Positions 11,411 to 22,610 of a stretch of DNA of 33,000 bases are shown here, piece after piece. Under the pieces are notes generated by a model that was not told the origin of the DNA, did no database searches, and saw nothing but the letters and a program-made list of their open reading frames with translations. A program made the translations under genes and the position numbers. The stretch is from NCBI GenBank assembly GCA_011109175.1, contig RDEW01000040.1, forward strand, positions 279,001 to 312,000. Direction: 5' to 3'. The stretch's first letter is position 1. Every line of letters starts with the position of its first letter. Source of the DNA: Dicyema japonicum (taxonomy: Eukaryota; Animalia; Dicyemida).

Positions 11411-13170
11411 TTATTATTTATTATTATTAGCAATGTCAGCGGAACCAGAAAAGTTAATTTGAGATTCCACTTTTGCCATGCATCTCTGGACACGCGCTGT
11501 GAGTCGTTTCCATCCTCCCCTGTTTCTCGCATCGCCCACAGATCATCCAGATCCTCTCCTGTTTTCAGTTTTCTTCCTATGCAAGTGAGTTCTTTGTCGA
11601 TCTCGATACGTTGTTTTATTTAATACAGAAAAGTATGATTCCGTGGCCTGATTGATCGGTGCCATTTCCGAAGCTCTTATGTGCAAAGCTCTTATGTCTT
11701 TGTTGTTTGAGTAATTCTATATAGCTCGTCATTGGTTATCTGTTTTGGCCAGTAGACTCCCAGAAGTCGTAGTTGTTTTCTATGGAAAGAGTTGAGGTTT
11801 TCCAGTTCTTTGGTGGTTAGGCCCCAGGTCCTCGCGTTATAAAGTAGAATTGGTTCGATAAAGGAGTTGTACAACCGAATTCGAAGGCGAGTGCCTATGT
11901 ACATTCGCCGCATCGAGATCTCCCACAATTTTTTGAAAGAATGTTCTCCACTTTTCCTTGTTTCTTGTCATGCAACGAGATATGCTAGTTTTTTCCGTTT
12001 TGTCTGGGTTTAATACCAGGGACCAGTTTTCCAAACCTTGAGGAATCACTTTTAGTATAGTTTCCAGCGTATCCCTATCCCGGCAGACAAAATCAATATC
12101 ATCGGCGTAGATTATTTCCATCACGTTAGAAAAACAAGGTCTTAGAGCTGCCTCCAGGTATATTATGAATATGACCGGGGATAACGAGTCTCCCTGTGGT
12201 GCGCCGGTGTCGGTTTTAAATCTTGTTGAGTTGTAATTTCCCACGTGCACTGATAGCAATGTGTCGGAGAGTCAAAATCTGATCATACGTGATTTATCCT
12301 CGTCTAGAATACTCTCCATTACGTGCATTAGCTTCTTGCGATGATAGTGTCGAAAGCATGGGATAAGTCAATTCAAAAGGATCGAGATTATTTCTTTGTG
12401 TTTTTGGCTCATTGCACACATCAACCTGTGACTACATACAACGTCTGCAGTCGACTTCCAGGTCTGAATCCACTTTGAATTGGGTTCAAGAACTCATTTA
12501 CAGGGCCTGAAATACGATCCGATCCATTACAACAATGGAGAGTATTTTCCTCATTAGTGTAATCGGGCGTAGGTTGTTTAGATATCCTCTTTCCTTTCCA
12601 GGTTCCTGAATTGGGATCAAAGTGCAATTTCCCGCATCAAATGTACTGGGACATTTGAACGTTCTGTTCAGACCTGTGCTGATTAACTCAGCCACCTTGT
12701 CTGGCGCGGATTTCAATATTTCTGTATTCACGTTGTCTGATCCAGGAGGTATGCCATTCTTGAGTTACCCAAAGCTGAAACGACTTCGTAATGCGTGATG
12801 CTTTGATTCAAGTCTCTGGGAATTCTTTCGAACGATTTCAAATTTTCATCGAGATTTAGTCGTTTTTTGTAAAAAGAAGCAATTTTATTTGCTGATTCCT
12901 GGCCGTTGATTATTACATTTCTTGTATCATCAAGGACTGTGATTCTTTCCGGTCTGGTATTGAGGGATAATTGTTTAACATCAGCAAACATTCTTGAACC
13001 AGGTTTGTACCGGTCGGCGTCTTTTGCCAAGTAATCCACTGTATATGGACTAGTTCCCTCACTCTTCTCTTTATTTTGTATTTGATTCTGTTTGCGTTCT
13101 ATTTCAAGAGTCAGTTTGGCTTGTCTAGTCTGACGAATTAGAGAATTTGGCGGATTCGAGAGACTTATTG
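11411..13170 (-). mobile_element. Degenerate RTE-clade LINE (RT, C-terminus, TAA-rich tail)
   Basis: LRPITL, IQSGFRPG, GAPQGDSLSP, YADD, RLYNSFIEPILLYNARTW, FHRKQLR..GVYWP..ITNDELY, ARNRGGWKRL. Tail at 11411-11428. Confidence 0.8.
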
Positions 13171-13458
13171 ATTTTTTTAATCTATTATTAATGTAGTTCA
13201 AAAAATTATCTATAAGCAAAAAAATCAGTAAGTTTTAATTTGTAGCTTTTTAGATTTTAGATCATTGAGGATCCAAGCTTTTCAATAGACTCAAGAGATA
13301 ATATGTGAATAATATTGCATCTTTAAGTTTAATTTTTGTATGCGAAATAGGGATTTATCTGCTTTAATTTTCTGAAAAGTATTGGAAAATTTAAGAGAAT
13401 TGAAATTGCATATGTACGATTTGATTATACCCTTGTCTAATGGTTACAAAAACGACGT

Positions 13459-13800
13459 TATTTATTTATTTATTAACCCAGAGATCACCTAGAAAGAAAA
13501 ACAAAATAAAATCAACTAATTAGGTGATCCTAGTTACCACAACCAACCGTGCCATCCTAAGCCTGTGCGTCTCCCTTGTTCCCACTGTCGAACGGAAATG
13601 CCTTCTTTGATCTTTGCAGAGGAAGCCGATTGAGGAAGAAAATTTCTCAGCCAACCGATTTTCTTTTGCGTGGAACAGTGAGAGGCTTAGTAGGTGTCTA
13701 TCTTCCTCGCAAATGCGGAGAAATCCGGAACCATATCTACGAGTTGTAGATTCCGTCAACAGAAGGAGGTATTTTGTTCCACATTGCAAAAAAGACGTTG
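13459..13800 (-). mobile_element. 3' fragment of a diverged I/Jockey-type LINE
   Basis: 90-codon ORF ending VTRIT*, 9-bp stem GATCACCTA 13483-13491 / TAGGTGATC 13521-13529, and a (TAAA/TAA) tail. Confidence 0.6.
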
Positions 13801-14135
13801 TTTGCTGGTAGAAATATTATTTCAATTTGTTTAATTCAATCGAAACCTAATGTAAAAGTTATGAAATTCACCTTATGGCAGGGCATTTATCTACAACAAG
13901 CAAAATTTTTCTATGATGCTTCCCCAATTCTATTTCCCATTTCAAAAGAAATTGATTAAAAATTCGGCTAATCATCCATGATTTTTGGAAAAAAAATTTC
14001 TGAAATTTTTATCGAAAGGTAATTAATCGTGTACAGTTAAGTTTCATGAAAACAACAATAAACAATGACAACGTGCTAATAAGTTAATTATTTACCTATA
14101 AAATTATTTAAAAAAATTATTTAAATCAAGAGCCA

Positions 14136-14159
14136 TGGCGGATTCGAGAGACTTTACTG
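14136..14159 (-). repeat. Possible pogo/Tigger-like terminal inverted repeat end; 19-bp direct copy at 13148-13166
   Basis: Minus strand reads TA|CAGTAAAGTCTCTCGAATCCGCCA, resembling TA|CAGTAAACCCTCATTAATCTG at 32403. No oppositely oriented partner found. Confidence 0.4.
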
Positions 14160-14164
14160 TATAT

Positions 14165-14520
14165 CTGTACCCGTGTCGTCAATAAGGAATTAAGAAGACT
14201 AAAGGATTCAAACGACTCTAGAGATTCGATTGGATACAACGATTGCCACGGATATCAAGGGACAGAATAAAAAACGGATATTTTTGTGATTTATGAAAGG
14301 AGCGGCGCTACCAATAAGGATTAAACAAGTCAAAATAGAGAAGCAGTTTAAGTAAGATCTGTTTTCCAGCAAATTGGCATTAATTCGCAATGATATTTGT
14401 AGGAGAAATTTATTGTGGTTGATTTGATTTTTGGAAATCCATCAAGCGAATAACAGATCTGACCTTTTTAGACAAATATACTCAAGAAACGATGACTTTA
14501 CAATTCCCTGAGACATCAGG
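14165..14520 (+). mobile_element. Relic of an R4/Dong-clade RLE domain
   Basis: EIRLDTTIATDIK, DIFVIY, KQVKIEKQFK*DLFSSKLALI and TNILKK match the 3857-4473 and 7500 family. Confidence 0.6.
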
Positions 14521-14883
14521 AAGATAGTGATGAAAAAATAATTCAAGGACTAAACTAAGAGAATTCATAGATCGACAGTACCGGTGCGCTCTACAGAATC
14601 AGTGTCCTACAAATGCAATTGCCTGAGCACATTAAAAATTGGAATGAGAGCAAGTTGAACTCTCAACTGCAAAACTAAATAAGCGGACCCTTCCTTTGGA
14701 AGGTAATACAGGAGAGTAAGGAACCCGAAATCAATCGCTATGCTGGGCGAAAAGGTCATTTCAGAGATCAATTAAGCTTACCTGCAAGTTAGCCAGAGCC
14801 TACTGAACATTTATACTTAGACCTTAAGCACTCATTTAACAACAGCGATAACCTTGAATCGCCATCATAAGCACTCAATAATT

Positions 14884-16864
14884 TTATTCAATAAAAGTTA
14901 TGGAATCATCCTTCAATTCGTTGACAATATCATTCATTATGCTATAATAACATCATCCAAACTTGAGATATTTTGTCCTCCCTCCTTCCTTCATCAGTTT
15001 GATGCAGAGCTCAATCGCCTTAAGCTGGTTACTACAAATACTCCACACAACTACATTGAAACAACAGAAGTCCCAGTAGCCATGAATTCCACGAACTGTT
15101 CTGCACATTCTCCGAATTTTACTTTCAGCTAACATTACCACACGGACAAACCTCCTCAGACGGATTCACGACCTGTTGCATGCAGTCTATGGTCATGAGC
15201 CTCAGGAACCTGTCGTGATTGACCACAACTGCCCGTTAAACCCAACTAGAACTATTAAATATCCGTGGCAGTAAATGCTGTCCGTTCTCGGCGATTATTC
15301 TCCTCATTAGGTAGGCGTAATTCATCTTTTGGCTAAGTTCCCCCTATACTCAGCTTGAATCGATACCTTCTTGTTCAGTATGTCCATAGTGTCCACAATA
15401 ACGTCTAAGGGGCGATTAATATCATCGAATTTATCAGTTTTAGGCTAAAATAAGGCAATTTATACGCAAAATTCGATGAGGTGTTCACAAAGTCTTCAAC
15501 ACAAAAATATGAGTTTGTACCGTGCATATAAACACGGAAGATTGTCTGTATGAGGTTGTAGTTCTTTAGTCTAAGGCCCTAACATTAAAATTCTTCAACA
15601 AAATACCATTTCCAGGACAATATCGAGAAATTTGTCTAAAACGGTGAAACAAGCAACTCACGGTCCATCGAATCGCTTAGTAAATATTGCCTCACGGTCA
15701 CCGCGTGGAAGAAAAAGTTGGCCAACCGATCACTGATCGGATTGTCATAATAGTTCATAGCGTAGGCTATTCTACACACGTGTATTATAGTCGAAGTTTC
15801 AAAACATTCTAAAATAAGCAAATCAGCAAACCAATGTCCAGAGTCCTAAACTGATTGATCAACGACAGCGCACAAGAGACTCCATCATCATTGACCACCT
15901 TCAGTCTTGCGATGTTGTGTAAGATGGCGTTTAATGTCCCCTGGTTGCAGGTAACTCTGTTTTCGACCATCTGGTGCAAAACAGTCTTAAGTAAAAAGAC
16001 GGGCAAACGTCTGAGACCTTGAGAATTTGCCTAATGGTATTGGTTTTCAAAAGAATGGCAGTCAAATAGCAGTTGTAGACAACAGTAGGCACTGTAGTGA
16101 ACCATTGAGCAAACCTTTCTGGGTGAGGTCCAGTTCGTGGAAGTAATCTTCAACTTTATGAAAATCGTTGAGCTAGAATTAGCAGAGACCTTACATTTGC
16201 GGCTGAGAGAATCTTGAAAATTTTTGAATGTGAAGATTTGGGGAAATCCTCACAGGGAATGTTGTTGAATGAGAGCAAAGCCACCAGTTTGGAAAGAAGG
16301 GAAGGTTCAATTTCGACGGAAGCTAAATTTGAGGTATTTCATACTCTTTTTTAATTGCTCGTAGTAGAACTGGGCCCTCTGCGGGTTCTGACGTTCAACA
16401 GCGTCCTTTAAATTTTCGAGGTCGGGCTTACTCGAGTCGTATAGAGATTCGGGGGCAAAGTTCTGACCATTGAGCCTACAAATACCTTGTTTTCGCTTAG
16501 ATTGTAGCGAAAGTGGTAGGGATGCTTGTTTATGTACCACTTGGCCACATTCTTGCCGGCTAAAATCAGATTTAGTTGTTTGCCCTAAAAATAATAAGAA
16601 AATCAAAACCGGCCCGAAATATCGCAGAGGACGAAATTTTAGATCATGGGTGCATCCGATAGTCCTCTTTAATTGAGAGGAGGAAAGAGCCTTGAGGACT
16701 GCATATGAATCCCTATTTAGATAATAGATAATATACCTGTTTTGTCGGACTGGGATTGCGAATAGTGGGTCACTTCCTGTTGATTTTGCTCGAAAATTGC
16801 TTGGGTTTTTAAAACCTTACAACCTTATTATCACCGAAAAATTGGCATGGAACTTTGTACACAT
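14884..16864 (-). CDS. PTCD3: Pentatricopeptide repeat protein PTCD3 / mitoribosomal mS39, about 526 aa, 17 introns of 21-28 nt
   Basis: Introns (plus-strand coordinates): 16800-16823, 16713-16736, 16585-16609, 16463-16485, 16323-16344, 16173-16194, 16092-16114, 15986-16008, 15809-15831, 15636-15661, 15579-15606, 15445-15465/15467, 15344-15366, 15229-15252, 15129-15151, 15032-15054, 14942-14962. Peptides AVLKALSS, AGKNVAKWYINKHPYHF, LHQMVENRVTCNQGTLNAIL, HLLPRIFN, KFGECA and EGGRT match recalled human PTCD3 in order. One junction needs a GC donor or a 1-bp fix. The C-terminus may run on toward about 14760. Confidence 0.85.
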
Positions 16865-16993
16865 GATGGTGGTTCGTTTGAATTTTATTAAATTGTTATA
16901 ATTATTAAATTATTGCTTTATTGAATTTATTAATTGGTATATTAACGGTGTAAGAATCCTGAGAGACGCCATGTGATCCATCTGTCTCAGGAG

Positions 16994-17062
16994 GCCCTTC
17001 TGGCTTAACTAACGTCTGATGACATCGGATCTGAAGGTCGTGGGTTCCAAATCCGAAAGATT
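16994..17062 (+). other. Degenerate tRNA-like sequence (pseudogene or SINE head)
   Basis: A-box-like TGGCTTAACTAA at 17001 and B-box-like GGTTCCAAATCC at 17043, at tRNA spacing. ATCTGAAGGTCGTGGGTTC resembles a tRNA variable/T arm. Acceptor and T stems pair poorly. Confidence 0.3.
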
Positions 17063-17089
17063 AAGTTTTCAGGGAAGGTCAATTCTTGT

Positions 17090-18040
17090 CAAACAGATCC
17101 CACCCGTGAGGCGACGAGTCTTTCTGTCACGACACAGTGGTTAAAAGGATCTTCCTACCTTTCTCCCTGACCAAATCCTCTAATGAAGATTGCATTATGA
17201 AAACTATTCTGCTAAAGAAAAAAGTGATGTCCGCGACGGTAAAATATTCTTCTCTACTCTACTGGAGGGGTTCTCATATTGAAATATATGGATGGAAGTG
17301 ATGTTGAGGATTGACCATTTTACTCTGGAGTAATCTGTTATCGTCGATTACTCAGAAATTCAGAAAATTCATCTCTGATTCTATGGTAACAAAATTGATC
17401 GATTCCATTAAATAAGGGGTTTAAGTTTTAGCATGAAGAGCTCAAAGCCTCTACAAATTCTCCTACGATATTTTGGATGTCACTTATGTGGATACCATTC
17501 CCTGACGAATATGGTACCCAGTACAAACTCAGACTGTCATGCCGTTGACTCTGCTAAACGGAGCAAGATGGCTAAATATTATGTGCTTTCGTATTTTCCC
17601 AATTGCCTTTGGACTTTGGATGTGTCCGGGCCTGTCATTAGAGATGTTCTCCAATAGATTGGATCACCGATCTCATTCAAGCTTGGGGATTCTCGAGAAC
17701 GGCCGTGGTTCCGCGAACGTTTTGAAATGGGGACTATTAGATGGAATACCAACTCCCTGGCTCTTGATCTGTGCTTTCTTCGAATCTTCCCATCTTCTTG
17801 GGAGATACCATAATTAATTGATTAGGAGTTCATAATTACCTAATAGATCCTTATAAAATTGCATGGGACAAGTTTCAGCTGCAATGTGAGAGTCAACCTA
17901 CGGAATTTATTATTAGGACCGTATATCCTTCATGACTTGGAAAGTGATCATCAGTGAACATCTCACTGCAGAACCGGATCGTATACAAAAGGATTTCCGG
18001 GAGGAGCAATGGCTCTGCGTAAAGTGCAGTATTATATCTC
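17090..18040 (+). mobile_element. Possible heavily decayed BEL/Pao LTR-retrotransposon RNaseH/integrase remnant
   Basis: Scattered peptides QWLKGSSYL, WTLDVSGP, SSHLLG..LIRS and NLLLG loosely follow the Pao order W..GP.FL, G.D..GP, PH.GG..E.L.RS, HFL.G. No LTRs seen. Confidence 0.3.
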
Positions 18041-18095
18041 CCATGAATCTTGAGCTGATTAATTGAGAGTAAAAATCAATTTAAAAGGAAAAAAA

Positions 18096-18480
18096 TTACA
18101 CGTTTTTATTTTGCTCGTTAAAATCATTTTTGTTTGAGCTTAGTAGAGAGTTCCCTAAAATCAAAAATAAGTATGACTTTTTTTCAGATCATTTTTGTAT
18201 CCTAGAAAATAAATATAAGGAAAAAAACTTGAAGAAAATTTGCCCAAATTCCCTAAGTTGGTGGTCATTTCTTCCATCCTTCGGTCCATCACCCTGAGAC
18301 TTCTTCTGCGGTCTAATTCAATGGTTTTTATGTTTTTTTGAGAAATCAGTTTTTCTTTAGTATTTTTGTTTCTGAGTGATTTGAACGCGTTCCTATCACT
18401 GAAGATTTTCTCTTTAAGTTCTTCAACGATTGAGAATGGGCTCCCCTAAATTTTCAAAAATCGCCTACTTTATCCGTCAT
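18096..18480 (-). CDS. Small orphan protein (103 aa, basic, coiled-coil-like) with three micro-introns
   Basis: ATG18480; introns 18446-18468 (23 nt), 18202-18228 (27 nt), 18155-18177 (23 nt); TAA ends at 18096. Product MTDKGSPFSIVEELKEKIFSDRNAFKSLRNK...ELDRRRSLRVMDRRMEEMTTNLGNLG...QNKNV. No homolog recognised. Confidence 0.6.
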
Positions 18481-18859
18481 TGCGGTGAATAACGGTTTTG
18501 TTGATTAAATAGCCTAATTTACCGATAATAAATTCTCAATTAATTTGTCAGACATTAATTTAAGTAGTTTTTTGTATTAAAATAGCTTCCCGGTTTTCAC
18601 AATTATTTGTGACTTTGGTCGACCCAAACCTTACTCGAAAATTAATTTCCAGGGAGACTGATCAAACTCTGGTTTTCTAAGAAAATTAAGAATTACCACG
18701 AATAATTAATTTCACGCCAAGTAAGTTTAATTTCAAATAATATTTTTTCACTGCTGATGGCACTCCTCACTGCGATGTTTGGCTACTGCTGTTTTATTGA
18801 GTAAATAACGATTTTTATTTAACTAAAATTTCCAAAAAATTACGTGATTGCGGTACTCT

Positions 18860-19120
18860 TAATTTAATTTATTCATTAACCCCTGATACACAGAGAAAGA
18901 AGTTGATAGTACAATTAATCAAATGTATACTGCTCCCACGGCAGAGAGTCCTTAATCTCGAATAAAAGTTCATCCAGACCAACGGAAAGGGAACAACACA
19001 TCCAGTTGTGGAAACCTCTCCAATGGAGTGGGGGAGAGCGAATGAACCTTCAACGTTTCATCCCTAGGCAGATGGATTACATGAGACAGAGGATTACCTG
19101 ACACTAGTAAACGAGGAAAA
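18860..19120 (-). mobile_element. 3' fragment of a further diverged LINE with a variant terminal hairpin
   Basis: Minus strand ends TATACAT...ttctttctct GTGTATC aggggttaat(gaataa), paralleling GATCAC...GTGATC ctggggtaataa. Upstream peptide LLVSGNPLSHVI. Confidence 0.45.
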
Positions 19121-19319
19121 GATAATGCCACAAGGAATTTTTCGAGTTTTTAAATAAAATACTAGCGTGGGATCAATTATCATGATTCACTGTGATGCCT
19201 AGTTCAATCAAAAATGCCATTGAAAAGATTTAACTCTGTGCTAGAAAATGAATTTTCAATCAACTAACAAGGAAATCTTTTTTGGAATTATGTGGGATAT
19301 TTGTAACAACAAAAAAAAC

Positions 19320-19670
19320 AATTTTTATTGAATCACATCGATCGTCATGGGTCGATAAAGTCACTAAGGCTTTTGTCGATATTCCCTTGCATAAGTTTGA
19401 ACAATAAAAGCTTACGAGACTTGTTTGAGAGTATTCGAGAAAATCTATCTTCTACTACGTTTGCCGAAAAAGTGGGGACAGAGATGTGTCAATACACTTT
19501 TGGAAGAATTTCTGATCCCAAAAAATATTTTTAATATCTTGTTGTCATTGTCTTCTGCGGCTAACTTTTCGATTATGTCGATAGATCGCGAAGACGCTGT
19601 TGAATACATTCAGAGATTGCATTTCGGAGTCGATTTATGTGGAATTAGGAAGTACTGGAATAAAGATTAA
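19320..19670 (+). pseudogene. Possible hAT/CGGBP-like transposase remnant
   Basis: VTKAFVDIPLHKFEQ*KL(R)DLFE resembles the A..ADIPL.KL....LR.FLE motif I recall from CGGBP1/hAT-like transposases. Frameshifted. Confidence 0.25.
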
Positions 19671-20614
19671 TTGTAATCAAGTGCTTTCTATCACAAAAGT
19701 GGAAAAACAACATATTTTCTCCATATGTATACAACTATTTGAAAAAGTGTCCTTCCACGTCATTATTTGTTGAGAGAATTTTGTTTCATTGGAATAATTA
19801 CTATTTAAAGACCAAAATTTTAAACCCGAAAACGTTTTGAAATACACTATTCTGTATTTTAATAAAGATTTTGATTAGTTTTTCTTTTATATTAAAAAAA
19901 TTTTGTAGATAAATTTATCATAAAGTCAATTTTTGGTCAAATTTCCGATTTATAAAGTCAAAGTCAAAATCGTCCTACTCATGAGACATCCGAAACTAGA
20001 TGTTCTGAACAAAAGAAGTGTCGGTTCAAAAAGGATCCAGGTTCTTTACCGTCCAGTCCAAAATTGTTGATCGTCCCTCAGAAGGTCTCCAATCAGTCTT
20101 TAGTAGGAGTTGTAACCTGGTATAAGAACACGGGTTGTAGAAGCAAGACAATTGAGCGTGAAATTGACGTTTAAATAATTTTAGAGAATTTAGAAATGAG
20201 AAAAGTTGGAGATAACGAACTTTAAATTTTCTGGTTGATCTTTGAAACAAGGGCAAATCACCATGCAAGATAAAGTCACTTAATGGTTGGGATAATTTTT
20301 TACACACTGAAGAAAGAACTTTTTGCATGATCTACAAAAATCACTTGATAATTTCAATTGAAGAGTAACGCGGGGACACGTGGATAACTAGTTATAGCGG
20401 TGGCGATTGTTAGCAAAATTTATAAATCGAACAAAAGTCGAACAATCGCTCGGTGATAGAGCGTTTTCTTAGTCCCGAATCGAAACGATTATTTAGTTTA
20501 ATCGGGAGAAGGAGGAATGAGAACGTTTTTAATGATTAAACAGTTCCTACCATGGAGGTTCCACCACTTCAGTTTTTTGACCGATTAACCACTTGGCTAA
20601 GTGACAGTGTCGTT

Positions 20615-20790
20615 TTTTAAACCCTAAGATCACAAGAAAAAATGCCAAAGCCGGTGATCCCAGCTTCCAATAATTCCCACACTCTCCTTGAGCGTTGCGC
20701 CAGCGAACTCATTGCATTCTGGAAGTTTCGAATTTCTGCGGAGGAACTCGATCTTGGAGTCTTTCTTTAAAACTGATCAGGTAGTGTGAA
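20615..20790 (-). mobile_element. LINE 3'-end stub with terminal hairpin
   Basis: GATCAC 20628-20633 / GTGATC 20654-20659, then agggtttaaaaaa on the minus strand. The reading frame passes through ...ELLEAGIT. Confidence 0.4.
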
Positions 20791-20822
20791 CAATAATCAT
20801 TTGACCACCTCTACCATTTGGG

Positions 20823-22610
20823 ATTATTATTATTATTATTATTACCCCAGGATCACTGGGTCAAAGAGAAAGAAATAAAAGTTCTCATCTAACTAAGTGA
20901 TCCCAGACCGACAAAGGTGAGGACGAGTCCGGCGGGGTCGAGAATCCTGAACAGCTCTTCTCATAGGACATGGCATCGGCTCACAATTTCTGTATGATTG
21001 TAGATAATTCGATAGTATTTGGAATAGAGGGCAGCTCGGTAGAACAGCCTCCTTTAATAGTTTTCGTTGTATTTCAATTAAAAAATTTTCAATAGGTTGG
21101 ATGTTGTGATCTGGTCCAATTAACCTCATTGCAGTCTCCTCGATTGCAGATAACTTCAATGTGGAAGATCGTGACATTTGCATTGCCCATGAAGGACTTG
21201 CATACGTCATCGTTGGTCGGATGAATTGTTTGTAAATCGTGGCAAGGATCCCAGTTTGATCTCTAAATATTTTTGAGAGCACTTTTAAAATTCTTAATTT
21301 TTTCAGAGCAGAAGTTACTCTGTTTTCAACATGCCGGATAAAGGTGAGTCCCTGATCAAAGGTTACTCCCAGAATCTTCGGTGTTTTGTTAATAGAGATA
21401 GCTTCGTTCTTCATAAAGACTTTTGGTTCGATACAGAGCTGTCTCTTGTAGGTGGTAAACAGTGTGACAAAGGACTTTGCTGCTGATGTGTCAAGTCTCC
21501 GCTTCGAGAGCCATAGTTCCAAGTTATCGAGCATTTGTTGAGCCAACTGAGTCGCTGATTGAATGTTTCTGTCCTTGGAGGCAAGAATGATATCGTCGGC
21601 ATATGAGAGGATTAGACAGTTTTCATTACAGGTTTGTGGCATGTCGTTTATGTAGAGATTGAAGAGTAGGGGTGATAGTGGTGAGCCTTGAGGGACTCCA
21701 TTTGGGAAATAGCGAGATCTTGATTTGATGTTGTTGCAGAGTACTTGTGCTCGTCTTCCATTTAGGAAGTTTCCAAGCCAAAGTTTCAGGTTCGGATGGA
21801 TGTTGGTTTCATATATTTTCTTTGTTAGAAGTTTCCTAGGGACTGAGTCGAACGCTTTTGTGATGTCCACGGATATAAGTACTGTCCTCTGATGGGGTTT
21901 GGGGAGTTAAATCCTTCCGCAATGAATTGTGTGAGGGTTGTAAGGTGTGTTGTCGTCGAATGGTTGTCCCGGAATCCGTGCTGGGTCGGAGGTATTGAGA
22001 TTGAGTCTTGTATTTTTTCCAAAACAAGCCTTTCAAGGATCCTTGAGACCGGACTTAGAATAGATATTGGGCGATAGGAAGATGGTTCATCTATTGGTTT
22101 GTTGCGTTTTCGGATAGGTCTGATTAGAGACTTCTTCCATATTTCAGGGATTGTGTTTGTGTTAATGGAGAGGTTGAATATATAGGCTAATAGTTCCAGG
22201 GCTCGATGGCCTAGGTGCTTCAGTTCACATGTGGTTATGTTGTCTGGTCCTTTGGCCTCTGAGTTGTTGGCCTTAGATATGGCTCTGCGAACATCCTGAC
22301 TAGTAAATAGGATCCAGTATCGAAGCGTTTTAATTCAATCTTTTTCAGGAATACTTGGTGTTCTTTTGAAAACTTCCTGTAGGATATAGATGTGTAATAT
22401 TTTATCGGAGTGTCTGGTTTTATGTAGACTTCGACTTTTCTCTCTGGGGAGGGTCTTTTGATGTTTTTGATCCACTTCCACACTCTTTGCATTGGGGGGT
22501 TTTTGTAGAGAGCTTTCGATAGTCTCGTCCATCTATTTGCATTTTCTGTCTTTATGTTGTTGTCGATCTCTCTGTTCAATTCTCGTATTTTCCTGATGTT
22601 CTCTTTCTGT
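20823..22610 (-). mobile_element. 5'-truncated I/Jockey-group LINE (RT and C-terminus, (TAA)n tail)
   Basis: AKGPDNI, YRPISILS, QHGFR, DITKAFDSV, GVPQGSPLSP, YADD, KILGVTFD. Seven-unit ATT repeat at 20823-20843. Frameshifts near 21895 and 22320. Confidence 0.9.

Noticed and set aside
14208-14390. Hydrophobic minus-strand ORF as a membrane protein gene
   Set aside because: It is the antisense shadow of the plus-strand R4-like relic.
15494-15520. 27-nt GT-AG segment in PTCD3 (gtacaaactc...gttgaag) as an extra intron
   Set aside because: It is in frame and stop-free, and the unspliced peptide GTNSYF aligns with the ortholog GDNWKF region, so removal is not needed.
17016-17058. Hammerhead ribozyme (CTGATGA...GAAA)
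   Set aside because: The bases closing stem II are C and C and cannot pair, and I found no stem I/III arrangement. The tRNA-like reading fits better.
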